Below are positions 22,186 through 36,549 of a DNA stretch of 64,000 nt, one piece after another; the first letter of the stretch is position 1; every line of letters begins with the position of its first letter. The stretch comes from an uncultured Acidimicrobiaceae bacterium (GTDB lineage Bacteria > Actinomycetota > Acidimicrobiia > Acidimicrobiales > RAAP-2): the NCBI GenBank assembly GCA_963703105.1, contig OY969792.1, positions 2,311,385 to 2,375,384 on the forward strand, given 5' to 3'. The position numbers were made by a program, and so were the translations under genes. A model generated the notes under the pieces. It was not told where the DNA came from, did not search any database, and saw only the letters and a list, made by a program, of their open reading frames with translations.

Positions 22186-22728
22186 GTGAAGATCTACACC
22201 CGCGACGGTGACGACGGCACCACCGGTCTCTACTTCGGAGGTCGAGCGAGCAAGAGCTCGGACCAGATCGACGTCAACGGCGAGGTCGACGAGGCCCAGT
22301 CGACGCTCGGGTGGGCCCGGTCGCTCACCGAACCCGGTTCGCGGCTCAACGAACTGCTCATCAGCGTCGAACGCGACCTCTGGGTCCTGATGGCCGAAGT
22401 GGCCACCGCGCCGGAGAATCGCCACAAACTGGCGCCCGATAAGACGCTCGTCACGACCGAGATGATCGCTCGCCTGGAAGAGGAGATCGACGCGTTGTCC
22501 GCGGAGATCGAGATGCCCAAGGAGTTCGTCGTCCCGGGGGAGAATCAACTCTCCGCGGCGCTCGACGTGGCGCGCACGGTGATCCGGCGAGCCGAACGCG
22601 TGGCCGTGGGCTATCCGCTGGAGGACTCCTTCGTCGTGGCCTACCTCAATCGTCTCAGCGACCTCGCCTGGACGATGGCCCGCTTCGCCGAAGGCACGCA
22701 GCACCGCACCGCCAGAATTCACCACTAA
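22186..22728 (+). CDS. PduO-type cob(I)alamin adenosyltransferase
   Basis: KIYTRDGDDGTT, GEVDE, RTVIRRAER, YLNRLSD. Confidence 0.9.
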   Translation: MKIYTRDGDDGTTGLYFGGRASKSSDQIDVNGEVDEAQSTLGWARSLTEPGSRLNELLISVERDLWVLMAEVATAPENRHKLAPDKTLVTTEMIARLEEEIDALSAEIEMPKEFVVPGENQLSAALDVARTVIRRAERVAVGYPLEDSFVVAYLNRLSDLAWTMARFAEGTQHRTARIHH

Positions 22729-22740
22729 AGGGGACGCTGC

Positions 22741-24247
22741 ATGGCCCGCACTGCACGAATCTCTACGCCGGTCGAGGCCGCGACGCAGCCGACGGTGGTG
22801 GTGCCCGTCGTCTTCGACGACGGCGCCGCGTTCATCGCCGAGTCGGTGCCGGCGAGCCTGGGCGGTCAGAGCATCCCGCGCACGCTCTCGAAGGAGTGGT
22901 GCACCAAACAGGGTCTCAAGCCCGACGCCGGGAGCGTCGCCGTGCTCCGATCGCTGAAGGACACGAACGTGGCCTTCGTGAGCCTCGGCTCCACCTATAA
23001 CTCACTCGAGAGCTACCGACTCGCGGGCGCCGCCGCGGCGCGCTGTGCCAACGACGCCTCGGTGGCCTTCTTCTTGCCGACCGACGGCATCGACGATCCG
23101 CGCGACGCGGCCCAGGCGCTGGTCACCGGGGCCCTGCTGGCGTCCTACAACTATAAACAAGGTGACGCCATCACGACCTTCGACGTGGTGCCGCTCGGCT
23201 CTCCGCTGCCTTCGGTCGAGACCCACGACGACGTCACCGAAGGAGCCCAGCGCGGCGAGGCCATCGCCGGTGGCATCAACTGGGCGAAGTTCCTGGTCGA
23301 TTCGCCGGCCGGCTACATGCCGCCCAAGGAGCTGGCGCGTCACGTCCAGATGCGACTCGACGACGACGAGCACGTCACCGTGGAGGTCTGGAGCGAACCT
23401 CGCATTCGCGAGGAGCGTCTCGGGGGACTGCTGGGCGTGGGCGAGGGTTCGGCCCAGCCCTGTCGACTGGTCTACGCCACCTACGACCCGAGCCCCGAGG
23501 TGGAACTGCCCCACATCGCGCTCGTTGGTAAGGGCGTCACCTTCGACTCCGGTGGACTGTCCCTCAAGACCAATGAAGGCATGATGGCGATGAAGACGGA
23601 CATGACCGGTTCGGCGATCGTCATGGCCGTCGGTCTCGATCGCCAGCCGCCTGGCGCTGCAGGTGAAGATCACGGCGATCGCTCCCATGACCGAGAACCT
23701 GCCGAGCGACCGAGCGACCAAACCGGGCGACGTCCTGACGATCCGCAACGGCATGACGATCGAAGTGCTCAACACCGACGCCGAGGGTCGCCTGATCCTC
23801 GCCGACGGTCTTAGCCTCGCCGTCGAGGCCAATCCCGACGCCATCATCGACGTCGCCACGCTCACCGGCGCGCAGCGCGTGGCCCTCGGTGACGAGGTCG
23901 GCGCCATCTTCGCGTCGACCGACGAGATGGCCGACTTCTTCGCCGTCGCCAGCGCCCGGAGCGGCGAGTTGCTCTGGCGCATGCCCCTGTTCGACAGCTA
24001 CGAAACGACCATCGAGTCCGACGTGGCCGATATGAAGAACATGGGTAAGACCGGGAGCGGCGGCATGATCGCGGCGGCCCTGATCCTGCGCCGATTCACC
24101 GACGGTCGGCCGTGGGCGCACATCGACATCGCCGGCCCCGGGCGATCGGACTCGGTCCGGGGCTACACGACCAAGGGCGCGACCGCCTTCAGCGCGCGCA
24201 CGATCGTCGAGTTCTTGGAAGCGGTCGCCGAAGAGGCGCTGGACTAA
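22741..24247 (+). CDS. pepA: Leucyl aminopeptidase (M17), frameshifted
   Basis: VGKGVTFDSGG, MKTDM, NTDAEGRL, HIDIAG. Confidence 0.9.
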
Positions 24248-24841
24248 CGCTCGACCGCGCGCACCCGCGACGCGCGACTCGGGACCTCGCGCGCCAGTGA
24301 CGACGAAGTCACGTCGTTGCCGTCGGCCTTTCCGATCAACACCGTCGCGAAGAGGTCTTCGTCCTCGATGCCGGCCCAGCGCAGGACCTCGGACTCGTGG
24401 CGGAAGTTACCCCAGAGCGCGGCCTGCCAGCCGCTCTCTTCGATCAACAGCAACAGCGCCATCGTCGGCCATCGCCGCGTCGGTGTGCCAGTAGGGGATC
24501 GGCCAGTTCGATTCGTCATCGAGGCCGGAGTGGCGCTTGTCCGCTTCGGCGTAACGCGCCACGTACTCGCCCCGGCGCGAGGTCACCAGGACGACCGCGC
24601 CGCAACGCTGCAGTCCGTCGGCGCGGCGCGACTGGGCCCGCCACTCTTCGTCGGTCGCGACTTCGAAGTACTGGCCGACCAGATCCGGTCCGATCGTGTG
24701 GAGTCGGACGCCGGCGCTGTTGCCGGCGGTCGGCGCCCACAGGGCCTGGGCGCAGAGTTCGGCCAACCACGCCGAATCGACCGGCGTACCGTCGAAGGAG
24801 CGCACCATCCTTCGTCGCGCGAGCAGTTCACGAAGTTCCAC
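24244..24841 (-). CDS. Nitroreductase-family protein, frameshifted
   Basis: RRRMVRSF, APTAGN, PYWHTD. Confidence 0.8.
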
Positions 24842-24918
24842 GCGTCGGGTCTAGCAGGAGCGCCGAACACGATTGATGACCCGGCAGGTAAGATTTAATA
24901 ACTAAGAAGGAGCGAACG

Positions 24919-26082
24919 TTGTCCACGCCTCGAGATCTACTGAACGCCGCCAAGGCCGAGATTAGAGAGATCGACCCGAACGACGTCGCCGCGCGACTCG
25001 ATCACTTCACGCTGCTCGACGTCCGCGAACCCGACGAGTACGAACAGGGCGCGGTGCCCGGCGCGGTCCACCTGCCCCGGGGCAACCTGGAGTTCTCCGT
25101 CGAGGGTCGCCTGCCGGACAAGAACGCGCCGATCGCCGTGTACTGCGCGGGCGGCGTGCGTTCGGCCTTCGCCGCCAAGACGCTCCAGGACCTCGGCTAC
25201 AGCGACGTGGTGTCGATCATCGGCGGCTTCAACAAGTGGAAGGACGAGGGCCTCACCTGGACGACGCCGCAGGTGCTCTCGGCCGACCAGCGCATCCGCT
25301 ACCAGCGCCACCTCTTGTTGCCCGAAGTGGGCGAGAAGGGCCAGCAGCGCCTCTTGGACTCCAAGGTGCTGCTGCTCGGCGCCGGAGGACTCGGTTCGCC
25401 GGCGGCGCTCTATCTCGCCGCGGCCGGCGTCGGGACGATCGGCATCATCGACATGGACGTCGTCGACTCCTCGAACCTCCAGCGCCAGATCCTGCACAAC
25501 GTGGAGCGCATCGGCATGCGCAAGGTCGACAGCGCGAAGATGACCCTCACCGCGATGAACCCGGACGTCAACGTGCTCACCTACGACACGCGACTCGGCG
25601 CCGACAACATCTTGGACATCATCGACGGCTACGACGTCATCGTCGACGGCACCGACAACTTCCCGACGCGCTACCTGGTGAACGACGCGGCGCTGGTCAA
25701 GAACATTCCCGTCGTGCACGGTTCGATCTTCCGCTTCGAAGGTCAGGTCACCGTCTTCAGCCCGTACGTCGGGCCGTGCTACCGCTGCATGATCCCCGAG
25801 CCGCCACCGCCGGAACTCGCGCCGAGCTGCGCCGAGGCCGGCGTCCTGGGCGTGCTGCCGGGCATCGTCGGCTCGATCCAGGCGATCGAGACCATCAAGC
25901 TGCTGCTCGATCTGGGCGATCCCCTCGTCGGCCGACTCCTCACCTATGACTCGATGGACGAGAGCTTCCGCACCTTCAAGGTGCGCCGCGATCCGGCCTG
26001 CCCGGCCTGCGGCGAGAACGCCGGTCCGATCGTCATCGCCGAGTACGACGACCTGTGCATGCCGCACCCGGTGAAGGTCTAG
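24919..26082 (+). CDS. moeB: Rhodanese-ThiF/MoeB adenylyltransferase (rhodanese domain N-terminal)
   Basis: [15 protein letters not shown]; GAGGLGS, SNLQRQ, PCYRC, CPAC. Confidence 0.9.
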   Translation: MSTPRDLLNAAKAEIREIDPNDVAARLDHFTLLDVREPDEYEQGAVPGAVHLPRGNLEFSVEGRLPDKNAPIAVYCAGGVRSAFAAKTLQDLGYSDVVSIIGGFNKWKDEGLTWTTPQVLSADQRIRYQRHLLLPEVGEKGQQRLLDSKVLLLGAGGLGSPAALYLAAAGVGTIGIIDMDVVDSSNLQRQILHNVERIGMRKVDSAKMTLTAMNPDVNVLTYDTRLGADNILDIIDGYDVIVDGTDNFPTRYLVNDAALVKNIPVVHGSIFRFEGQVTVFSPYVGPCYRCMIPEPPPPELAPSCAEAGVLGVLPGIVGSIQAIETIKLLLDLGDPLVGRLLTYDSMDESFRTFKVRRDPACPACGENAGPIVIAEYDDLCMPHPVKV

Positions 26083-26188
26083 TTCGCCAACCGCTCCAGA
26101 TATTCGGCGCGTTCCCCTCGTGTCGAGTCGCAGTGGGATTACCGCTACCGCGACCCTCGTGTCGGTCCAAGACCAGCGCCTATCGTTG

Positions 26189-27779
26189 ATGAGCGTGACG
26201 TCAGACGAGCGCCGTACCGATTCGGGGATCGTCGTCCAACCGGTCTACGACGACGCTGACCTCAAGGATTTCGACGCGGCGACGCAGCTCGGCAGTCCGG
26301 GGGAGTACCCCTACACCCGCGGCGTCCAGCCCACGATGTACCGGGGACGACTCTGGACGATGCGCCAGTACGCCGGCTTCGGCACGGCCAGCCGCGACGA
26401 ACGAGCGCTTCAAGTTCCTCCTGAAGGCCGGTCAGACCGGACTGTCGTGCGCCTTCGACCTGCCCACGCAGATGGGCTACGACGCCGACCACGTGCGCGC
26501 CGAGGGCGAGGTGGGCAAGGTCGGCGTCGCCATCTCGTCGCTGGAGGACATGCGCGACCTGCTGGCCGATCTGCCGCTCGACCAGGTGACGACGTCGATG
26601 ACGATCAACGCCACGGCCTCGACGCTGCTTGCTGCTCTATCAGCTGGTCGCCGAAGAGCAGGGCGTGCGCGGCGACCAACTGCGCGGCACGATCCAGAAC
26701 GACATCTTGAAGGAGTACGTGGCGCGCGGCACGTACATCTACCCGCCGCGCCAGTCGATGCGCCTCGTCGTCGACACCTTCGCCTACTGCGCCAAGGAGA
26801 TGACGCAGTGGAACACCATCTCGATCTCGGGCTATCACATCCGCGAGGCCGGATCGACCGCCGTCCAAGAGATCGCCTTCACGCTCGCCAACGGCATCGC
26901 CTACGTCGAGGCCGCGCTGGCGGCCGGCCTGGCGTTGGACGACTTCGCGCCGCGGCTGAGCTTCTTCTTCAACGCCCACAACAACCTCTTCGAAGAGGTC
27001 GCCAAGTACCGCGCGGCGCGACGGCTGTGGGCCTCGATCATGCGCGACCGCTTCGGCGCCACCGACCCGAAGTCGATGACCCTTCGCTTCCACACCCAGA
27101 CCGGCGGCTCGACGTTGACGGCCCAGCAGCCCGAGAACAACATCGTGCGCACGACGATCCAGGCGCTCGCGGCGGCGCTCGGCGGCACGCAGTCCCTGCA
27201 CACCAACGGCTTCGACGAGGCGCTCGGGCTGCCGACCGAACGCGCGGCCAAGCTCGCGCTGCGCACCCAACAGGTCCTGGGCTACGAATCGGGCATCGCC
27301 GACACCGTCGACCCCCTGGCCGGTTCGTACTTCGTCGAGTCGTTGACCAACGAGGTGGAACGCTTGGCGCGCGAGTACATCGAGACGATCGACGAGCGCG
27401 GGCGGCGCCGTCGCGGCCATCGAGTCGCACTACATGCAAGACGAGATCGAGTCGGCGGCCTACGAGTTCGCCCGCCGCGTGGACCGCGGCGAAAAGGTCG
27501 TCGTCGGCGTGAACCGATTCGAGGAGAGCGACGCGACCAAGGCCGACGTCTTCCCGATCGACGAAGAACAGCAGCGCGCCCAGATCGCGCGCGTGACGGC
27601 GCTGAAGACGACTCGCGACAACGACGCCGTGCGCGCCGCGCTCGAGGACCTCGCCGACGCCGCGCGCGGAACGCAGAACGTGCTCTATCCGATGAAGACG
27701 GCGCTGTCGCGACATGGCGACGCTCGGCGAGGTGGCCGACGTGCTGCGCGCCGAGTTCGGGGTCTACACGCCGAGTTAG
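26189..27779 (+). CDS. Methylmalonyl-CoA mutase large (catalytic) subunit, no B12-binding domain; frameshifted
   Basis: [44 protein letters not shown]; the Tyr/Arg determinants fit MCM rather than ICM. Confidence 0.9.
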
Positions 27780-28065
27780 CTACAGCGGTTCGTGGAAGTG
27801 CGTGACGATCGGTCGTCTCGACGTAGAACGGATGCGTCAGTGCGCGCCAGCGCTGGAAGTCGTCGGTCTCGCGCCACGCCATATGCGCCTCGATGGACGC
27901 CCAGCGAATGAGGAGGAGGTACACCGAACCGTCCTCTGCTTGACGACGGAACTCGCCGCCGAAGCATCCCGCGGCCGTGTCGAGGATCGGTAACGCCTGT
28001 CGCGCCGACGCCTCGAACTCCTCTTCGCGACCGGGTGTCACCGCGACGACGACGTGTTCGAGCAT
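27780..28065 (-). CDS. Antibiotic-biosynthesis monooxygenase (ABM) domain protein
   Basis: [23 protein letters not shown]. Confidence 0.8.
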
Positions 28066-29229
28066 CACGCGCGGGCCATCAGTCGCGCGCGTAGCTTCTC
28101 GTCGTTCGCCACGCCGATCGCCGTGTGGGCGAGGGCGATCGCTCCGGCGAGCACCGCGCGATCGGCCTCGGGCGTGATGCAGGCCGCGGTGAACTCGGGC
28201 TGGTGATTCACGGCGCCGTTGGTGGGAATCATCGAGCAGCGGGTGGATCGGAGGGCACCACCAGCGAGACGTTCGCCATGTCCGTCGAGATCGCCGGTCG
28301 GTCGACGCCCTCGTCGTCCAGGTTGAAACTCCGACCGAGCGCTTCGGCGGCGACGCGGTAGTGCGACGAGGATGTCGGGGTCGGACTCCATGTGCGAGAA
28401 GGCGCTGCCGATCTCTTCGATGCGCAGCGCGGCGCCGGTCGCGAGGGCGCCGGCTTCGAAGCAGGCGTTGATCCGTACTGCGCAGTTCGGCCAGTCGCTC
28501 GCTGGTGAGTGAACGGGCCATGAAGCGTCCAGCGGCGCGACTCGGGATGATGTTCGCCGCCGAACCGCCTTCGAGCACGATGCCGTGGACGAGGTCACCC
28601 GGTCGCAGCTGCTGACGCAAGAGGCCGATCGCCACTTGGGCGATCGTCAGCGCGTCGAGCGCGTTCACGCCGACCCAGGGCGCGGCCGCGGCGTGCGCCT
28701 CTTTGCCCTCGAAGGTGACGTCGAAGTGGTCGACCGCGAGGCAGAGGGCGTCGAGTCGCTCGGTGGGGAAGGGGTGAACCATCATCGCGGCGTGCACGTC
28801 ATCGAAGTAGCCCGCGTTGATGAGGTCGATCTTGCCGCCGCCGCCTTCCTCGGAAGGAGTGCCGAGCAGGGTGACCGTGAGGTTCAGCTCGTCGGCGACG
28901 GCCCCCAGACCGATGGCGGCTCCGAGGGACGACGCGGCGATGATGTTGTGGCCGCAGGCGTGGCCGACGTCGGGCAGCGCGTCGAACTCCGCGCAGTACA
29001 CGATGTTCAGGTCGCCGTCGCCCATCGTGGCGCGAAAGGCGGTGGGAAGATCGGCGATGCCGCGCTCGACGCGAAAGCCGCGCGTCCTCGGCCAACGTCG
29101 GCGACGGCGAAGGAACTTTCGAACTCCACGTAGCCCGAGTTCCGGGTGCGCGTGGACGAAGTGGCTCAGTTCGACCAGGTCGTCGCCGTGACGCTGGATG
29201 GTGCTGGCGGCGAGTTCGCGCGCGCTCAC
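28065..29229 (-). CDS. M20 amidohydrolase, frameshifted
   Basis: HAHPELG, AEFDALP, HACGHN, GTPSEEGGGGK, HAAAAPW. Confidence 0.9.
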
Positions 29230-30981
29230 TCGACGACCACGACGGTGTCGCCCGCGCTGACCGAGTCGCCGGCGGCGACGTTGATGGACACGACGACACC
29301 GGACTTCTCGGCGTTCACCGAGTTCTCCATCTTCATCGCTTCGAGGATAACGACCGTGTCGCCGGCTTCGACCTGTTGACCGACCTCGACGTTCACCTTG
29401 ACGATCGTGCCCTGCATCGGGACGACGACGTTGGCCGAGCCGCTGCCGAGCACGCCGGCGTGGTGCTGTCGACGCGGTTTGGCCGCGGTGCTCTGGGCCC
29501 GGGGCAGTCCGTCGTCGAACTCCGGCACCCACAGCGCGACGGTGACGCGTCGTCCGTTGACTTCGGCGGTGACGTCCTTGCGCACCTGACCGTCACCGAC
29601 CGAGACGGCCGCGGTCGTGACCTCGGGCAACGTCGTGAAGTCGAGCTCACTCTCCACCCAGTTGGTGGAGTGCGTGCCGTGGACGAACTGCTCGTCGGAG
29701 AGGATCACCACGTCCGCGGGCAACGTCGTGGCGACGCCTTCGATGGTGGTCTCTTCGATGGCGCGCAACATCCGTCGACGCGCCCGCTCGCGGTCCGGTC
29801 GCCCAGACGATCAGTTTGGCGATCAGGTTGTCGTAGTACTGCGAGATCGGTGTCGCCCGCGCCGTAGCCGGCGTCGAGTCGCACGCCGGGACCCGAGGGC
29901 TGGTCGAAACGGGTGATGGTGCCCGGGGTGGGGATGAACTTGCCGCCGGCCGGGTCCTCGGCGTTGATGCGAACCTCGATGGCGTGGCCTTCGCGGCGAA
30001 CCTCGTCTTGCGTGAAGGTCAGCGCCTCACCCGAGGCGATGCGCAGCTGCCACTCGACAAGGTCCAGTCCGGTCACCAACTCGGTCACCGGGTGCTCGAC
30101 CTGGAGACGAGTGTTCATCTCCAAGAAGAAGAACGCGCCGTCTTGGTAGAGGAACTCGACGGTCCCGGCGTTCACGTAGCCGCAGGCCCTCGGAGACCTT
30201 CACCGCCGCTTCGCCCATGGCGCGACGGACCTCGTCGGGAAAGTTCGGCGCCGGTGACTCCTCGATGAGCTTCTGGTGACGTCGTTGGGCCGAGCAGTCG
30301 CGCTCCCCGAGCCAGAGCGTGGTGCCGTGGCTGTCGGCGAGGACCTGCATCTCGACGTGTCGGGGCCGCGTCAGGTAGCGCTCGACGTAACACTCGGGGC
30401 GGCCGAAGTAACTCTGGGCCTCGCGTTGCGCGCTCTCTAAGGCGGCCGGTGCCTCGTCGGAGGAGTTCACGACCTTCATGCCGCGTCCGCCACCGCCGTA
30501 GGCGGCCTTGATGGCGACCGGCCAGCCGAACTCGTTGCCGAACTTGATCGACCTCTTTGGCGTTCTTCAGCGCCTCACTTCGACCGGGCACGCCTTCGAC
30601 GCCCACCCGGGCCGCGGCCAGTCGACTCGAGATCTTGTCGCCCATGACCTCGATCGCCTCGGGCGGGGGACCGATGAAGGTCACGCCGCGCGACGTGATG
30701 GCCCGCGCGAACTCCGTGTTCTCCGAGAAGAAGCCGTATCCCGGGTGCACGGCGTCCGCACCCGAGCGATCGATGACGTCGAGGATCGCCTCGGTGTTGA
30801 GGTAACTCTCGGCGGCGCTCTGGCCCCCCAGGGCGTAGGCCTCGTCGGCCAGGCGCACGTGCAGCGCGTTGCGATCGAGTTCGGAGTACACGGCGACGGT
30901 GGCGATGCCCATCTCTCGACAGGTGCGCATGACGCGCACCGCGATCTCGCCGCGATTGGCGATCAGGACTTTCTGTAACAC
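29226..30981 (-). CDS. Acyl-CoA carboxylase alpha subunit (biotin carboxylase plus BCCP), frameshifted
   Basis: [41 protein letters not shown]. Confidence 0.95.
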
Positions 30982-31044
30982 GCGAACCTCCGTAGCGGAC
31001 CTGCAATTTTCTACCACTCGCTCTCGAAACCCTAGAGTTTCCTT

Positions 31045-31797
31045 GTGAGTTCAATCGTCTGGCGTATCGAACACTTCGACGTGATCGACTCCACCAACAC
31101 GTGGCTGGCCGAGCGGGCCCTCGAGGGTGCGCCGGAGGGCCTGGTAGCGGTTGCGGACTTCCAGAGCGCCGGCCGGGGACGGCTGGATCGTCAGTGGGAG
31201 TCGCCCCCCGGGGCGTCGTTGCTGTGCTCGATCCTGCTTCGACCGGACCTCTCACCGGACCAGCTCCAACTCGTCGTGGCCTGCGTGGCCCTCGCGGCGC
31301 GCGCGGCGCTCGTGCGACTGAGCGGCGTGCGACCGGCGCTCAAGTGGCCCAACGACTTGATCGTCGGCGACGCGAAGATCGCGGGACTCCTGGCCGAGAT
31401 CGTGTCCGTCGACGATCGACTGTCCGTCGTCGTGGGGATCGGCGTGAATCTCACGCACGACGGACCGGCGAACGTCGCCTCCACTAGCGTGCGCGCCGAG
31501 TCGGGCGTGACGATCACGGCGCCGGCGCTGCTCGACATCATGCTGGATGAACTCGAGACGCGGCGGGCGATGTTGGACAGCATCGACGGTCAGGCGGGCC
31601 TTCGCGAAGAGTACCGACGAGCACTCGTGACCCTGGGTCAGATGGTGCGGGTGGAACGCACGAACGACGTTCTCGTCGGACTCGCGGCGTCGGTCGACGA
31701 GTTCGGACAACTCCTGGTCCTGGTGAACGACGAAGAGGTCTCGGTCACCGTCGGCGACGTCGTGCACCTGCGCGCGCACAAAGGTGGGCCACGATGA
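31045..31797 (+). CDS. birA: Biotin-protein ligase
   Basis: DSTN, QSAGRGR, KWPND, KIAGLL, GIGVN. Confidence 0.92.
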   Translation: MSSIVWRIEHFDVIDSTNTWLAERALEGAPEGLVAVADFQSAGRGRLDRQWESPPGASLLCSILLRPDLSPDQLQLVVACVALAARAALVRLSGVRPALKWPNDLIVGDAKIAGLLAEIVSVDDRLSVVVGIGVNLTHDGPANVASTSVRAESGVTITAPALLDIMLDELETRRAMLDSIDGQAGLREEYRRALVTLGQMVRVERTNDVLVGLAASVDEFGQLLVLVNDEEVSVTVGDVVHLRAHKGGPR

Positions 31798-32717
31798 GTC
31801 GCGCGACGCGGGTGTTGGTGACCGGTGCGGCCGGCCAGGTCGGGGTCGACCTCGTCGACGTGCTGTCGGGGGTGACGCCGCCTGGGGTTGATCGCTCGTT
31901 CCAACCGGACGGACGGAAGGTGGCCGAAGGCGAGTTCGACGTCCTCGCGCTCACTCGTCACGACCTCGACGTGGCCGATCGCGACGCGGTCGATCGAGCG
32001 GTCCGGGCGGCGCGACCGGACGTCATCGTCCACCTGGCCGCCTATACCGCGGTCGACCGCGCCGAAACGGAAGAGTCCGCGTGTTTTATCGTGAACGCGG
32101 CCGGCACGGAGTCGATGTCCCTCGCCGCCAGGGAGAACGACGCCCACCTGATCGCTATCTCGACCGACTACGTCTTTGACGGCAACAAGGGTGGTGCTTA
32201 CGTCGAAGACGACGCGACGAATCCCCTCAACGTCTACGGCGCGTCAAAACGCGCCGGTGAGCTGCTGTGCTCGAGCGACGACACCGTCGTGCGCACGTCG
32301 TGGGTGATGGGGGTACGCGGTAAGAACGTCGCGCACGTCATCGCCGATCGCGCCCTCTCGGGACAGTCGGTGCGCTTCGTAAACGACCAGACCGGCACGG
32401 TCACCGTCGCGAGTGACTTGGCGCGTGTCCTCGCGACGTTGGTGCGCGAGCGTCCGGGCGGTTTCTGGCACGTGGCCAACGCCGGCGCCACCACGTGGTT
32501 CGACGTGGCCCGCTACATCGGCGAGATCCTCGGTCGTGACGAATCCTTCGCGGCGTCGATCGCGACCAGCGAGTTGGACCCGGCGCCGCTGGCCACTCGA
32601 CCGATTCGCAGCGACTTATCAATTGAGAAATTCGCCTCGGCGTACTCGACGCTCCCCGAATGGCGTGACGGGCTCACTCGGTTGATTCGAGACCGAGGGT
32701 CGAAGGGCAACCTATGA
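31794..32717 (+). CDS. rfbD: dTDP-4-dehydrorhamnose reductase
   Basis: TGAAGQVG, AAYTAVD, ISTDYVFDG, YGASK. Confidence 0.9.
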   Translation: MSRATRVLVTGAAGQVGVDLVDVLSGVTPPGVDRSFQPDGRKVAEGEFDVLALTRHDLDVADRDAVDRAVRAARPDVIVHLAAYTAVDRAETEESACFIVNAAGTESMSLAARENDAHLIAISTDYVFDGNKGGAYVEDDATNPLNVYGASKRAGELLCSSDDTVVRTSWVMGVRGKNVAHVIADRALSGQSVRFVNDQTGTVTVASDLARVLATLVRERPGGFWHVANAGATTWFDVARYIGEILGRDESFAASIATSELDPAPLATRPIRSDLSIEKFASAYSTLPEWRDGLTRLIRDRGSKGNL

Positions 32718-33556
32718 GCGATGTCGCGACCGACGTCGCCGCCGTTATCGTCGACTTCCACGCCGGCCAGGCGTTGGACGACTGCGTCGACTCGCTGCAC
32801 GCCAACGGCGTCACGGACATCGTGGTCGTCGAAAACGGTGAGGAAGGTTCGACCCTGCCGGCCCTCTCCGGCCAACACGTCGTGTTGGTCGTGCCCAAGC
32901 TGAACCTCGGTTACGGACGCGGGGTGAACCGCGGCGTGGCCGCGGCGCCGTTTCGTCGTTATCTCCTGGTCTCCAATCCCGACGTCGTCGTCCACGACGG
33001 TGCCGTGTCGGCGTTGGTGGACTTTCTCGACGAGCACCCGAACGTCGCCATCGTTGGTCCTCAGATCGTGCGGCCCGACGGGAGCGTCTATCCGTCGCAG
33101 CGGGTCTTCCCCAACTTCTGGCTCGCCGGTCTGCACGCGCTGCTCGCGCCCCTCTGGCCCGGAAACCCGTTCACGCGTCGCTACCGATCACCCCGCAAGG
33201 ATGGGTCGGTCGACTGGGTCTCGGGCGCCTTCTTCCTGGCGCGACGGGACCGTTTCGAAGAGGTGGGCGGATTCGACGAGCGCTACTTCATGTTCGCCGA
33301 GGACATGGCGCTGTGCTGGCAGATGCGCGCCCACGGCCACGACATCGCGGCGACGCCCGACGCGCTGGTCACGCACATCGAAGGCGTGTCGCGCGCCAGG
33401 GTCTCTCGGGCGATGCTGATCGCGCACCACCGCAGCGCCATGCGCTTTGAGTGGCAGACGGCGAGCGGCTGGCGCCGGGTCCTGGCGCCGATCGCGACGT
33501 TGGTGCTCGGCCTTCGGCTCTGTGTGGTGTTGATCATCCGCCCCACGACCCAATAG
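32714..33556 (+). CDS. GT2 glycosyltransferase (WbbL-like)
   Basis: NLGYGRGVN, SNPD, DWVSGA, GGFDERYFMFAED. Confidence 0.85.
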   Translation: MSDVATDVAAVIVDFHAGQALDDCVDSLHANGVTDIVVVENGEEGSTLPALSGQHVVLVVPKLNLGYGRGVNRGVAAAPFRRYLLVSNPDVVVHDGAVSALVDFLDEHPNVAIVGPQIVRPDGSVYPSQRVFPNFWLAGLHALLAPLWPGNPFTRRYRSPRKDGSVDWVSGAFFLARRDRFEEVGGFDERYFMFAEDMALCWQMRAHGHDIAATPDALVTHIEGVSRARVSRAMLIAHHRSAMRFEWQTASGWRRVLAPIATLVLGLRLCVVLIIRPTTQ

Positions 33557-33566
33557 GACGACCGTC

Positions 33567-33572
33567 TAGAAT
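33567..33572 (+). promoter_or_regulatory. -10 element for the raiA-motif RNA
   Basis: TAGAAT 6 nt before the start of the RNA's closing stem. Confidence 0.6.
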
Positions 33573-33578
33573 GGAACC

Positions 33579-33831
33579 TGGGCTGCGAGTGGTTCTGTGG
33601 TTGAAAGTCGATGCCAGTCGCGGGCGAAACGACCCACGTAAGGCGTCTTTTAGACGCTGAGCATGGCGCGGTTTAGAAGTAAGTCCTGCCTCACGGCGAC
33701 CAGAGCGGTCACCGGGAGAGCCGGTGAAGTGTGCGGTTGCCTCGCCGGAGAGCCTCGTGCTGCCGGCGTGACCCACGGACACCGCCGCAGGCAAGTGTGG
33801 GGTAAAAGACCAGGTCAGCACTCGCAGCCCA
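33579..33831 (+). ncRNA. raiA-motif structured RNA
   Basis: Conserved blocks in order: TGTGGTTGAAAGTCGATGCCAGTCGC, AAACGAcCCACGTAAG, TGAGCATGGcGCGGtTTAGAAGTAAGTCCTGCC, GCAGGCaAGTGTGGGGTaAAAGACCAGGTCA. Closing stem TGGGCTGCGAGTG / CACTCGCAGCCCA. Confidence 0.92.
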
Positions 33832-33870
33832 ATCGAAGTAGCAATAGCGACCGGTAGGGTACATCAGGTT

Positions 33871-36535
<2,665 letters not shown>

Positions 36536-36549
<14 letters not shown>

